DNA of 32,000 bases, taken from the NCBI RefSeq assembly GCF_003367075.2, contig NZ_CP065936.1, positions 1,200,001-1,232,000 on the forward strand, in the 5' to 3' direction. Positions 11,954-21,600 of the stretch are shown one piece after another; the first letter of the stretch is position 1, and every line of letters begins with the position of its first letter. Position numbers and translations under genes: made by a program. A model generated the notes under the pieces. It was not told the DNA's origin, made no database searches, and saw nothing but the letters and a program-made list of their open reading frames with translations. This DNA is from Cylindrospermopsis raciborskii Cr2010. Lineage in GTDB: Bacteria; Cyanobacteriota; Cyanobacteriia; Cyanobacteriales; Nostocaceae.

Positions 11954-13507
11954 TCACGCCCGAATTACGGTGATCCTGCGTTGGTTTTCCGTTATTACAA
12001 CTTCAGTGGATAACCTTTCTTCCATGGGTAGGGCATTTTTTCGCCTATCAAAGACAAATAACCAACCAAAATCTAATCCCAAACGAGCTAAATAAGATTC
12101 CAATTGTTCAATCCCTTCAGCTTGCGGATCCCTTTTTTTATCCCGCCATACCTTTAACTCAATCCCTAAAATTATGTCTTGATAACTCAAGCATAAATCC
12201 ATTCTGTCGCTACCAATGGCGTATTCTCTTTCCAAAACTCCTCCACCGTTCACCACCCGATGTAAAAAAGCCATTAATACTATGTGGGGGGCAATTTCAT
12301 GGTAAGCAGCACTACTTAATAATGGTTCTCCATGTTGTCGCCAAAATTTAAGAAATGCTGTTAACAAAGCATCCATATTTAATTTACCTTCCGGGGTTAA
12401 CCAAGAGGGTGCAATCATGGGTAAACTGTCTTGGGTTCCTTGTACTAGAACGCGCGGAATAACTTCACGATAAATCGGGTTGGAAATAACTAATCCCCCC
12501 ATTATATCACGTCGTAATATTCCTATATCAATTAAATATTGGCGATCATCTGCTGGAGTGTCTGGTAATGTCTTCCCTGCTAACATTGGTTCAATAATTG
12601 CTTTTATTCTTGGTTCTCTTAATCTTTCTGCTAAACTATCTAAATGGGTATCTTGACGCATAATTAATATTTCTTTAGCTTGTAAAATATGTTCTTTGGT
12701 AATAGCTATACTTCTATCCTTGACCATTTTTTCTACTACTTCTTTAGCCAAAGCATTCACTAACCATGGTTGTCCTTGGGTTAAATCATAAGCTATTTCT
12801 ATTGCTGCTGGTGTGAAAGTTTGTCCAGTTGCTTTCGTATGTTGTTGATATAATTCTTCCACCTCTCCAAGATTAAAGTTTCGCAGGGTAATAGAACTAA
12901 CTTTAATATTAAAAGGACTGGAGGTATTTAATCTATCACTACCACCGGATGCTACTTTATAATCCCGCACATCGCGTAAACCAATTAATCCTACCGATGA
13001 GGGAAAATTTTCTGGACGTTTAGAAAAACCATCTCGTAACTGTCGTAAAACAGAAATTAATGTTTGGTCTTGCAAAGAATCGATTTCATCTATAAATAAT
13101 ACTAGGGGACGATTTATAGCTCTTGACCATGCTCTTAGATTTTCAGCGATTCTCTGTCCAGGAACATTATAAACCCAAGTTTGAGGTTGTAGTTTTGCAG
13201 GTAAGCTATCCTCAATTGTATTTCGCCAAATTCCTAAAATGGCTAATTCTGCAGCACTGGGGTCATGATTAAATGCGCTTCCTACTTCCACTGATACCAT
13301 TACTGCAGCATAATTTCCTGTAGCAGTAAGTTGCTTTGCTAGGGATAACATGGCGGTGGTTTTCCCTGTTTGTCGTGGTGCATGAAGTACAAAGTAACTT
13401 TGTTGTTCTATTAGCATTGATAAGTCGGGTAAACGACTTGTGGGAGACAACATATAGTGAATATTGTCTTTACAAGGACCTGCAATATTAAACCAGCGAT
13501 TCACCAT
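11954..13507 (-). CDS. AAA-like ATPase with C-terminal PD-(D/E)XK nuclease-like domain
   Basis: 517 aa: Walker A 'APRQTGKTTAM', Walker B 'RPLVLFIDEIDSL', and C-terminal 'YAIGSDRMDLCLSYQDIILGIELKVW', which resembles a PD-(D/E)XK core (D...ELK). Confidence 0.85.
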   Translation of the reverse strand: MVNRWFNIAGPCKDNIHYMLSPTSRLPDLSMLIEQQSYFVLHAPRQTGKTTAMLSLAKQLTATGNYAAVMVSVEVGSAFNHDPSAAELAILGIWRNTIEDSLPAKLQPQTWVYNVPGQRIAENLRAWSRAINRPLVLFIDEIDSLQDQTLISVLRQLRDGFSKRPENFPSSVGLIGLRDVRDYKVASGGSDRLNTSSPFNIKVSSITLRNFNLGEVEELYQQHTKATGQTFTPAAIEIAYDLTQGQPWLVNALAKEVVEKMVKDRSIAITKEHILQAKEILIMRQDTHLDSLAERLREPRIKAIIEPMLAGKTLPDTPADDRQYLIDIGILRRDIMGGLVISNPIYREVIPRVLVQGTQDSLPMIAPSWLTPEGKLNMDALLTAFLKFWRQHGEPLLSSAAYHEIAPHIVLMAFLHRVVNGGGVLEREYAIGSDRMDLCLSYQDIILGIELKVWRDKKRDPQAEGIEQLESYLARLGLDFGWLFVFDRRKNALPMEERLSTEVVITENQRRITVIRA

Positions 13508-13597
13508 AATTTTATTATTTAGCGTATTATTTAGCGGACACTTTTATTCTAGACTATTTAGAGGGTGAGACTCATGCCATAATCACAGTAATTCTAT

Positions 13598-13824
13598 TAA
13601 ATACACTTCCTACTTCCACTGATACCATTAAGTAGGGAGTCACAATTATTTGTAGGATGTGTTAGTGGTAGGGTAACCCGTGGGGGCGTTGGGTTTCGTT
13701 CCTCAACCCAACCTACGTTTATCTTATGTTTAATTCCACTTACCCACTTACTGCAGCGTAATTTCCTATAGCGGTAAATTGCTTCCCTAAGAATAACATA
13801 GCGGTAGCTTTATTTGTATACAAT
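13598..13824 (-). pseudogene. Decayed fragment of a second AAA-like ATPase gene, interrupted by a small insert
   Basis: 13598..13630 is nearly identical to about 13270..13302 of the intact gene (about 32/34). 13749..13811 matches about 13301..13363 (about 52/63). Its translation 'TNKATAMLFLGKQFTAIGNYAAV' parallels the intact 'QTGKTTAMLSLAKQLTATGNYAAV'. Confidence 0.85.
13631..13748. mobile_element. MITE-like 118-bp insert
   Basis: The insert sits inside a continuous homology block at 'accatTA | AGTAGGGAG...TTACCCACT | TActgcag', consistent with a TA target duplication and imperfect terminal inverted repeats (AGTAGGGAgTC.. / AGTGGGTAAGTG..). It carries internal 'gttgggtttcgttcctcaacccaacctac'. 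Confidence 0.65.
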
Positions 13825-13843
13825 AGTATAAAAATATAAAAAA

Positions 13844-13862
13844 GGTTTAGCATCGCTAAACC
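13844..13862 (-). terminator. Hairpin resembling a Rho-independent terminator in minus orientation
   Basis: Perfect stem 'ggtttagc atc gctaaacc'. Read on the minus strand it is followed by 'TTTTTTATATTTTT'. Confidence 0.5.
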
Positions 13863-14146
13863 TCCATAGAAAGCAGTTATTCGACACACCAGAACCAGTT
13901 TAAATTTACTCCCGGTCAAAATCATCTTCCTTAAGGGGGAGTTATGAATAAATTTGAACTTTTACACGAAACTCTTTTGAGCGATTGTAAACTCTCTCCC
14001 CAGTCGAGAACCTATAAAGTGTGGATGCAATTTAATCGCAATGGTACAATTCAAACAGTGGATTTCTGAGTAAAAGTAGACTAAAAACTTCTCAGTAATT
14101 CTCGTCCTATTTTTGGGACAAAAGCGGTTTATTCACATCCTAATCT

Positions 14147-15211
14147 ATGGTAGATAATAAAAACATCTTGTTGCGTAATCTTTGGTACTATGCACTACCC
14201 AGCAGTCAGCTAAAAACAGGTAAGATGGTATCACGTGTTTTACTCAAAGAACCTATACTATTCACAAGAGACAAAAATGGTCAAGTTTTTGCGATTGAAG
14301 ATATTTGTCCTCATCGTGCAGTTCCCTTGAGTTGTGGTAGATTTGATGGTGAACAGGTAGAATGCTGTTATCATGGTTGGCGCTTTAACAGTCAGGGCAA
14401 GTGTACAGAAATTCCATCACTGTTGCCAGAACAAAGTATAGATTTGAATAGGTTTAATGTTAAATCATATCCTGTTTATGAAACCCAGGGTAACATTTGG
14501 ATATACATGTATGATAAAGAAGGCCCTCCCATTAATGCTGAGATTGGTGATATTCCTCAAGTGCCAGGTTTTAGCAATAGAGAACCAGATTTAGTGGAAG
14601 TAATGAAATTTCCCTGTTTTATTGATCATGCAGTAACAGGTTTAATGGATCCTGCTCATTCCCCCTATGTTCACCAGGTATGGTGGTGGAGAAGTGGAAA
14701 ACTGCATGAAGAAGTGAAACAATTTGATCCTTCCGATTATGGGTTTACGGTCAGACGCCATAAATTATCCGATAACACGGAAAATATGAGTCGATTATAT
14801 TGGTTAGTGGGTGGGGGAATACCAGAGGTGGAAATTTCTTTCCGTTTACCAGGGGTGAGAATTGAAGAAATTACCTTTGGCAAACATCGAGTTTGTAATT
14901 TAACCGCAGTTACACCAATTTCTGACACGGAAACGGAAGTAAATTTTGTTCTTTATGGTATACCAGCGTGGTTAAAAATATTTACACCTTTGATTCAAAT
15001 TCTAACTCGTAAATTTTTGGATCAAGATAGGAATGTGGTGGAAAAGCAACAAATTGGACTTCAATATAATCCGATTTTGCGTCTAATTAAAGATTCGGAT
15101 ATGCAAGCACAATGGTATTTTCAATTGAAACGGGAATTTAGCCGTGCAGCAGCAGAAAACAGAGAATTTGTTAATCCTGTAAAAAGTGTACTATTGAGGT
15201 GGCGTGCCTAA
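14147..15211 (+). CDS. Rieske [2Fe-2S] ring-hydroxylating-type oxygenase, alpha subunit
   Basis: 354 aa: Rieske cluster motif 'CPHRAVPLSCGRFDGEQVECCYHGWRF' plus downstream metal-site-like 'DHAVTGLMDPAHSPYVHQ'. Confidence 0.9.
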   Translation: MVDNKNILLRNLWYYALPSSQLKTGKMVSRVLLKEPILFTRDKNGQVFAIEDICPHRAVPLSCGRFDGEQVECCYHGWRFNSQGKCTEIPSLLPEQSIDLNRFNVKSYPVYETQGNIWIYMYDKEGPPINAEIGDIPQVPGFSNREPDLVEVMKFPCFIDHAVTGLMDPAHSPYVHQVWWWRSGKLHEEVKQFDPSDYGFTVRRHKLSDNTENMSRLYWLVGGGIPEVEISFRLPGVRIEEITFGKHRVCNLTAVTPISDTETEVNFVLYGIPAWLKIFTPLIQILTRKFLDQDRNVVEKQQIGLQYNPILRLIKDSDMQAQWYFQLKREFSRAAAENREFVNPVKSVLLRWRA

Positions 15212-15291
15212 TATTCTTCAAGATTCCCTAATTTTTTAATAATTTGGGGTGTGAAGGAAAAGTAAGGGAGTTTTTAAAAACAGCTAAAGAT

Positions 15292-16221
15292 ATGACAATA
15301 ATAGTTTTTGGTAGTATTAATATGGATCTGGTAGCAACAACTCCCAGATTGCCCATACCAGGAGAAACCTTGTTAGGAGAAAGTTTTTTTACCGCACCCG
15401 GGGGTAAGGGAGCAAACCAAGCGGTAGCATTGGCAAAATTGGGTATTCCTACACAAATGATCGGTCGTGTTGGTAATGATAACTTTGGTAGACAACTAAT
15501 TAAAAATTTGGAAAGTTATGGTATAAAAACGGAGAATATTATAATTGATGACACTGTCAGTTCAGGAGTTGCGATAATTACTGTGGATCGGCGGGGTGAA
15601 AATAATATAATTGTTATACCCGGAGCCAATGGACAAGTCAACCAAGACAATATTGACAGATTATATGGTTTATTGCCATCAGCTAATGCCATACTATTGC
15701 AGTTAGAAATTCCTCTTGATATGGTAATTACTGTGGCCCAAATAGCTCACCAAGCTAAAGTCCAGGTTATTCTGGACCCCGCCCCTGTACCACCAATCAA
15801 TTTGCCAGAGGAAATTTATCCATTAGTTGACATAATTACACCCAACGAAATTGAAGCCAGTCAATTGGTAGGATTTGCTGTCAATGAAGAGCAAACCGCC
15901 TTCAAAGCTGGGGAGATTTTATTAACAAAAGGTGCAAGGTGTGTGGTGATTAAGTTGGGTGCAAAAGGTGTTTATTGCGCTACTAAAGAAGAAAGGTTTT
16001 TTATTCCCCCATTTTCCGTGAATGCCATAGATACGGTTGCTGCTGGGGATGCTTTTAACGGTGGTTTAGCAGCAGGACTTTTTCATCACAAGACTCTGCG
16101 AGAAGCGGTGATTTGGGGTGGAGCTGCGGGAGCTTTAGCAACAACTCAAATGGGTGCTCAAAGTTCTTTCCCTGATATGATGACATTAAAAACTTTTTTT
16201 GACAAAATGACAAGGGAATAA
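15292..16221 (+). CDS. rbsK: Ribokinase/PfkB-family sugar kinase, probably ribokinase
   Basis: 'VFGSINMDLVATTPRLPIPGETLLGESFFTAPGGKGANQAVALAKLG' and 'NAIDTVAAGDAFNGGLAAGL' are PfkB signatures. The start at 15292 (MTIIVFGS) is more likely than the ORF start at 15244. Confidence 0.88.
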   Translation: MTIIVFGSINMDLVATTPRLPIPGETLLGESFFTAPGGKGANQAVALAKLGIPTQMIGRVGNDNFGRQLIKNLESYGIKTENIIIDDTVSSGVAIITVDRRGENNIIVIPGANGQVNQDNIDRLYGLLPSANAILLQLEIPLDMVITVAQIAHQAKVQVILDPAPVPPINLPEEIYPLVDIITPNEIEASQLVGFAVNEEQTAFKAGEILLTKGARCVVIKLGAKGVYCATKEERFFIPPFSVNAIDTVAAGDAFNGGLAAGLFHHKTLREAVIWGGAAGALATTQMGAQSSFPDMMTLKTFFDKMTRE

Positions 16222-16226
16222 TAAGA

Positions 16227-17279
16227 ATGAAACTACAAGTTAGCACCTTTACTGTCAATAAGAGGTTTGCCCTAACAATTAGCAGGGGAACAACTGCACA
16301 AACCACAAACATCTGGGTTAAGATTATGGAAGGCGGTATTGAAGGATGGGGAGAAGCATCTCCATTTGGTGTAGGAAGTTATCGAGAAACCACTGATGTA
16401 ATTTTCCAGTCTTTGCAAGAAATATCTTCCATGCTAGAATCCTATAGTCCTTGGCAGCGGGATGATATTAGTAAAATTTTAACACAACATCAAATTCCGT
16501 CTGCTGCTAAGACTGCTATAGATATGGCACTACACGACTGGATGGGTAAGAATGTGGGTTTACCATTGTGGCAAATTTGGGGACTTAATATAAATACCAT
16601 AGTACCAACTTCTGTTACTATTGGTATTAACTCACCACAGGGTGCTGCAGCTAGGGCAAGGGATTGGTTGCAACATATGGATGTGCAACTACTAAAAGTT
16701 AAGTTAGGAGCAAAGGAGGGAATAGATGCGGATAAAAAAATGATATTGGCAGTTAAAGAAGCTGCTCCTAAGGTGGATTTATTTGTGGATGCGAATGGGG
16801 GTTGGAGTTTACCAGATGCAATTGCTATGTCCCATTGGTTGGCCGATTTAGGGGTTAAATATCTCGAACAACCATTACCTAAAGGTGAGGAGCAGAAATT
16901 ACCGTTTTTGAAAAAACAATCACCTCTACCCATTTTTGTAGATGAAAGTTGCTTCACTAGCACTGATATTCCCCCACTAGCTGATTATGTAGATGGAATT
17001 AATATTAAACTGATGAAATCAGGAGGGTTAGAAGAGGCTTGGAGAATGGTGAATACCGCTAAGGCGCATAACTTACAAGTAATGTTTGGCTGCTATTCCG
17101 ATAGTTCACTAGCTAATACCGCAGCTTCTCATATAGCACCATTAGCAGACTATTTGGACTTGGACAGTCATTTAAATTTAATAGATGATCCTTTTGTTGG
17201 TGCATCAGTTACAGAAGGACGAATTATACCTAATAGTTTACCAGGTTTAGGAGTACAATACAGTGCGCTTACCACTTAA
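16227..17279 (+). CDS. Enolase-superfamily epimerase/racemase (dipeptide epimerase or N-acetyl-D-Glu racemase DgcA-like)
   Basis: 350 aa: 'GWGEASPFGVGSYRETTD', the catalytic-type 'LLKVKLGA' and 'LFVDANGGWS', 'FVDESCF', 'INIKLMKSGGLEEAWRM', typical of MR/MLE-family Ala-Glu epimerase proteins. Confidence 0.87.
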   Translation: MKLQVSTFTVNKRFALTISRGTTAQTTNIWVKIMEGGIEGWGEASPFGVGSYRETTDVIFQSLQEISSMLESYSPWQRDDISKILTQHQIPSAAKTAIDMALHDWMGKNVGLPLWQIWGLNINTIVPTSVTIGINSPQGAAARARDWLQHMDVQLLKVKLGAKEGIDADKKMILAVKEAAPKVDLFVDANGGWSLPDAIAMSHWLADLGVKYLEQPLPKGEEQKLPFLKKQSPLPIFVDESCFTSTDIPPLADYVDGINIKLMKSGGLEEAWRMVNTAKAHNLQVMFGCYSDSSLANTAASHIAPLADYLDLDSHLNLIDDPFVGASVTEGRIIPNSLPGLGVQYSALTT

Positions 17280-18321
17280 TCAAAAAATAGCTGTTCTCTT
17301 ACATGAAGCTCTGACAAAATCTCATGGCAAAACTGGCCTTTCCATTTTGCGCTACAGTGACTCACCTATTGTTGCGGTTATAGATAGAGAATGTCCAGGT
17401 CAGTCTATATTAGAGTTGACAGGAATTAAAAGAAGTGTACCAATTGTGGCATCTGTAAGTGCAGCTTTGCCCTATCAACCAGAAGTTTTAGTTATTGGTA
17501 TTGCACCAAAGGGTGGCATTCTTCCTGATCATTACTGGACTGAGATTAAGGAAGCATTGAAGTCGGGAATGTCCGTTGTCAATGGGCTACATACACCCCT
17601 AGCAAACATACCAGATTTAATCTCCCTCGTACAACCAGGAAAGACCATTTGGGATGTGCGCAAGGAACCACCTAATTTGGAAATCGCTTCGGGTTTGGCA
17701 CGCAATCTCCCCTGTCGTCGTGTGCTAACAGTGGGTACGGATATGTCTATTGGTAAAATGTCTACTAGTCTGGAATTACATCATTCGGCAAAATTGCTAG
17801 GACTTCGCTCTAAATTTATAGCCACTGGTCAAACCGGTTTGATGTTGGAAGGGGATGGAGTAGCACTGGATGCAGTCCGGGTGGATTTTGCTGCTGGCGC
17901 TGTGGAGCAGTTGGTTATGCGTTTTGGTCAATACTATGACATCCTTCAAATTGAAGGTCAGGGTTCTTTATTACACCCCGGTTCAACGGCAACTTTGCCT
18001 CTGATTCGCGGTTCCCAACCCACCCATCTGATTTTAGTCCATCGTGCAGGACAAACTCATAACCATAATAATCCTCATGTTCCTATCCCTCCTCTCACGG
18101 ATGTAATTAAAATGTATGAAATGGTAGCTGGTGCTGCTGGCGCTTTTGCTAAAGTACCTGTGGTGGCGATCGCTCTGAATACGAAAGATCTGAATGAAGC
18201 TGCTGCTGAACAGGCGATCGCCCAAACTGCGTCTGAAACTGGCTTACCTTGTACAGATCCTATACGCTTTGGTGGGGGAATACTATTAGATGCCATTATA
18301 AATAACAATTATCAAGAGTAG
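17263..18321 (+). CDS. DUF1611 family P-loop protein (DgcN-like putative D-glutamate N-acetyltransferase)
   Basis: 352 aa with the family-typical segments 'GIAPKGGILPDHYW', 'VLTVGTDMSIGKMSTSLELHHSA', 'FIATGQTGLML' and 'GQGSLLHPG'. GTG start, overlapping the epimerase gene by 17 bp. Confidence 0.82.
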   Translation: MRLPLNQKIAVLLHEALTKSHGKTGLSILRYSDSPIVAVIDRECPGQSILELTGIKRSVPIVASVSAALPYQPEVLVIGIAPKGGILPDHYWTEIKEALKSGMSVVNGLHTPLANIPDLISLVQPGKTIWDVRKEPPNLEIASGLARNLPCRRVLTVGTDMSIGKMSTSLELHHSAKLLGLRSKFIATGQTGLMLEGDGVALDAVRVDFAAGAVEQLVMRFGQYYDILQIEGQGSLLHPGSTATLPLIRGSQPTHLILVHRAGQTHNHNNPHVPIPPLTDVIKMYEMVAGAAGAFAKVPVVAIALNTKDLNEAAAEQAIAQTASETGLPCTDPIRFGGGILLDAIINNNYQE

Positions 18322-18635
18322 GCACATCAACCTGGGGAAATGGGTTCAGATAAATTTCCCAGAAAATATAGTACAAATAAACTAAACAAAAATATACTGA
18401 AAAACAAAAATTAATCATGCACCTAAATCACAATACAAAAATACCATTTACACTATTCAGACGGAAAAATAGAGGATTGTTATATTAACCCGGGTGTCTC
18501 CATAAACAACGTAAAAAAGGTCACAAAAAAAGTTGCCAAAATGGCAGTAATTTTTCGATGCAGAATCAAAGGATGCGTGCTAAGGTTTTATTTCCTTGAT
18601 TGTTCCTTCATCTGTTCTTTATAGTACATCTGCCC

Positions 18636-21600
18636 ATGTTTATAGATCACTTGCACTCCCAACACCTGGAAGAACTAGTACATGGTAGTAGTGTAAATTT
18701 ACACCTAGCAATGTTAAATTTTCATTCCCTTCAGGGTGTGAATGCTTATCAGCATATATTAATCTCTAATAGTTTACCGCGCACTAATACAGGGATGATT
18801 AAGAGCGGGTGGTTAGAGAGATATGGACACATTACAGCTGGTGGTTGGTGGTGTTCTGGTGTAGACCCGCTAAATAACTGGCAAAAAATGGAATGGGGAT
18901 GTTTTAAACCCTCCCAACCGCGAAGAAACAAAAATGGCAAGTCCATTAAATATGAACATCCCCCCAGCACACCAACGCGAATATTTTGTTTGCGGGTAAC
19001 TGAAGAAATTTGGCATCAAATTTCCCAACGTTATGATGTTACTATGCCAAAAGACATTAACATTAGTGATGACGGGGAAGCTCAGGGTTTTTGGCCATGG
19101 GTAATAGAATCTAACATACCAATTATTATTTGTGAAGGTGTTAAAAAAGCAGCAGCTTTATTAACACAAGGGTATGTAGCAATTGGCATACCTGGAATTA
19201 CCAGTGGTTATCGGGTAATCAAAAATGAATTTGGTAAAGTTACCCGTCGTCGTCTCATTCTTGATCTGGAAGTTTTCGCCAATAGACAACTGAGTTTTTA
19301 TATATGTTTTGATTTTGAGAATCAGCCACGGAAGGCTACTGCGATTAATAATGCCATTTCTCAATTAGGCTATTTACTTGAGCGGAAAAATTGCTCTGTT
19401 AAAGTAATCAAACTCCCTGGTAAAGAGAAAGGTGTGGATGATTTTATCACTGCTAAGGGAGCGGAAGCGTTTGAGCAAGTCTACAATCAAAGTATGTCCC
19501 TAGAGGTCTATATTGCCCAAACGAAACCCCATATAGATCTAACAGTTACTCCCAGTGTTACCATCAACCAAAGCTATTTAGATAGAATATGTTTACCCTC
19601 CACTGGTTTAGTGGGAGTCAAATCCGCTAAAGGAACAGGTAAAACCACCAGACTGCAAGCGGTGGTTGAGGAAGCTAAAAATCGTTGTCAACCAATCTTA
19701 TTAATCACCCATCGCATCCTTTTGGGAAAATTCCTCTGTGAAAAAATTGGTATTAGATGGGGAATCCACCCTGAAAACCAGTCACCACCATCCAGCTCAC
19801 CTACCAAATCCTTTGGGTTGTGTGTTGATTCCTTGTGGAAGGTGAATCCCCAAGATTGGCAAGGAGCTATAGTCATCTTAGATGAAGTTGAACAGTCTTT
19901 ATGGCATCTCCTCAACAGTAACACCTGTAAAAACAAGAGGATAAAGATACTCAGCGTTTTCCAACAATTAATAGCCACGGTAGTGAACACAGAGGGTTTA
20001 GTCATTGCTCAAGATGCTGACTTATCAGATGTTTCTCTAGAATACCTCCAGGGTTTAGCAGGAAACAAAATCACTCCTTGGGTACTTGTGAATAAGTGGA
20101 AACCCAAACGTGGGTGGGATGTGACCTTTTATGATTCACCTAACCCAACACCTTTAATCCATCAACTGGAGCTGGACTTAATCACAGGTAAGAAGTGCTA
20201 TGTAACAACCGATAGTCGCACGGGACGTTACAGTTGTGAAACCATCGAAGATTATCTCCAGGATCGCTTGTATAAGTTAAAAAGGCAATTTCCCCATAGT
20301 TTAGTGGTGAGTAGTCAAACTACCAATACACCTGCACATCCAGCTATAGAATGTCTAAGTGCTATCAATCAAAAAATCACTGATTATGATATGGTACTTG
20401 TCACTCCTAGTTTAGGAACGGGAATTAGTATTGATGTCCAACATTTTGACCGAGTTTACGGTATTTTTCAGGGAGTCATTCCCGACTCAGAAGCACGTCA
20501 AGCATTAGCTAGGGTGCGTGATTCAGTTCCCCGTTTTGTCTGGTGTGCTAAACGCGGTATAGGTTTGATTGGTAGTGGTAGTACCAATTATCAGCTACTA
20601 TCTGATTGGTATCAAGAAAATCAAAAAGAAAATTTGGCTTTATTGAGTCCTTTACACAAAATAGATGTTGATTTACCCGCAGTTTATGATCCTATTCATT
20701 TACGTACTTGGGCAAAACTATCTGCTAGGGTCAATAGTTCCATTACCTTTTATCGACAATCTTTGCAAGAGGGATTAATTGCTGAAGGTCACAAAGTCAC
20801 CATAGGGAATAATACAGACTATAATAGTATTATTCGTGAGTTGCGTTCGGCGTTTTTAAAAACTTCTGTGAATGATCTGGCCACCCGAACCAGATTAATT
20901 TTAGAAATTGTTCAAGTTCAAAAGGATTGGGAACAAACTCGTCAACAGTCTCAGCATATCAAACGCAATATCAAGGAAATTAAGGAGCACAATCAATTGA
21001 TGATTGCCCAAGCTGTGGTGGCGGCTAAAAATATTGACTATGTTGAATATCAACAACTACTAACTAAACATTCTCTCACCGATGAACAACGCTATGCAAT
21101 TCATAAATATATTCTCTACACAAGATATGGAGTACCTGTCACCACTTGGTTAAAAATGCGAGATGATCAGGGATATTATTCCCAATTATTGACTCACTAT
21201 TATTTGACTCATGAAAGTCACTATTTTCACATCAAAGATCAACAGGAATGGAAACAACAGTTATTTTGGGGCGAAGGAAAGGTTTTTCTACCAGATTTAA
21301 AAACCTATACTCTCAAGGTGGAAGCCTTGCGAGCTTTGGGAATGTGTCAGTTTTTAGCACAAGATAGGGTATTCCAAGAAAATGATGATGATATTATTTG
21401 GTTGAAAAATGTGGCAATTCAGAGTAGTCAACATATTAACCGTGCTTTGGGTGTGGATATTGCTAAAAAATCACAATCTATTTCTGGAATTAAAATACTC
21501 AATCTGTTGATGGGTTTATTGGGTTTAAAATTGCGTCGAATAAATCAGGTTTATCAAGTTAATTTTGACATGCTCAAGGATGGAAGAGAGGAAATATTTG

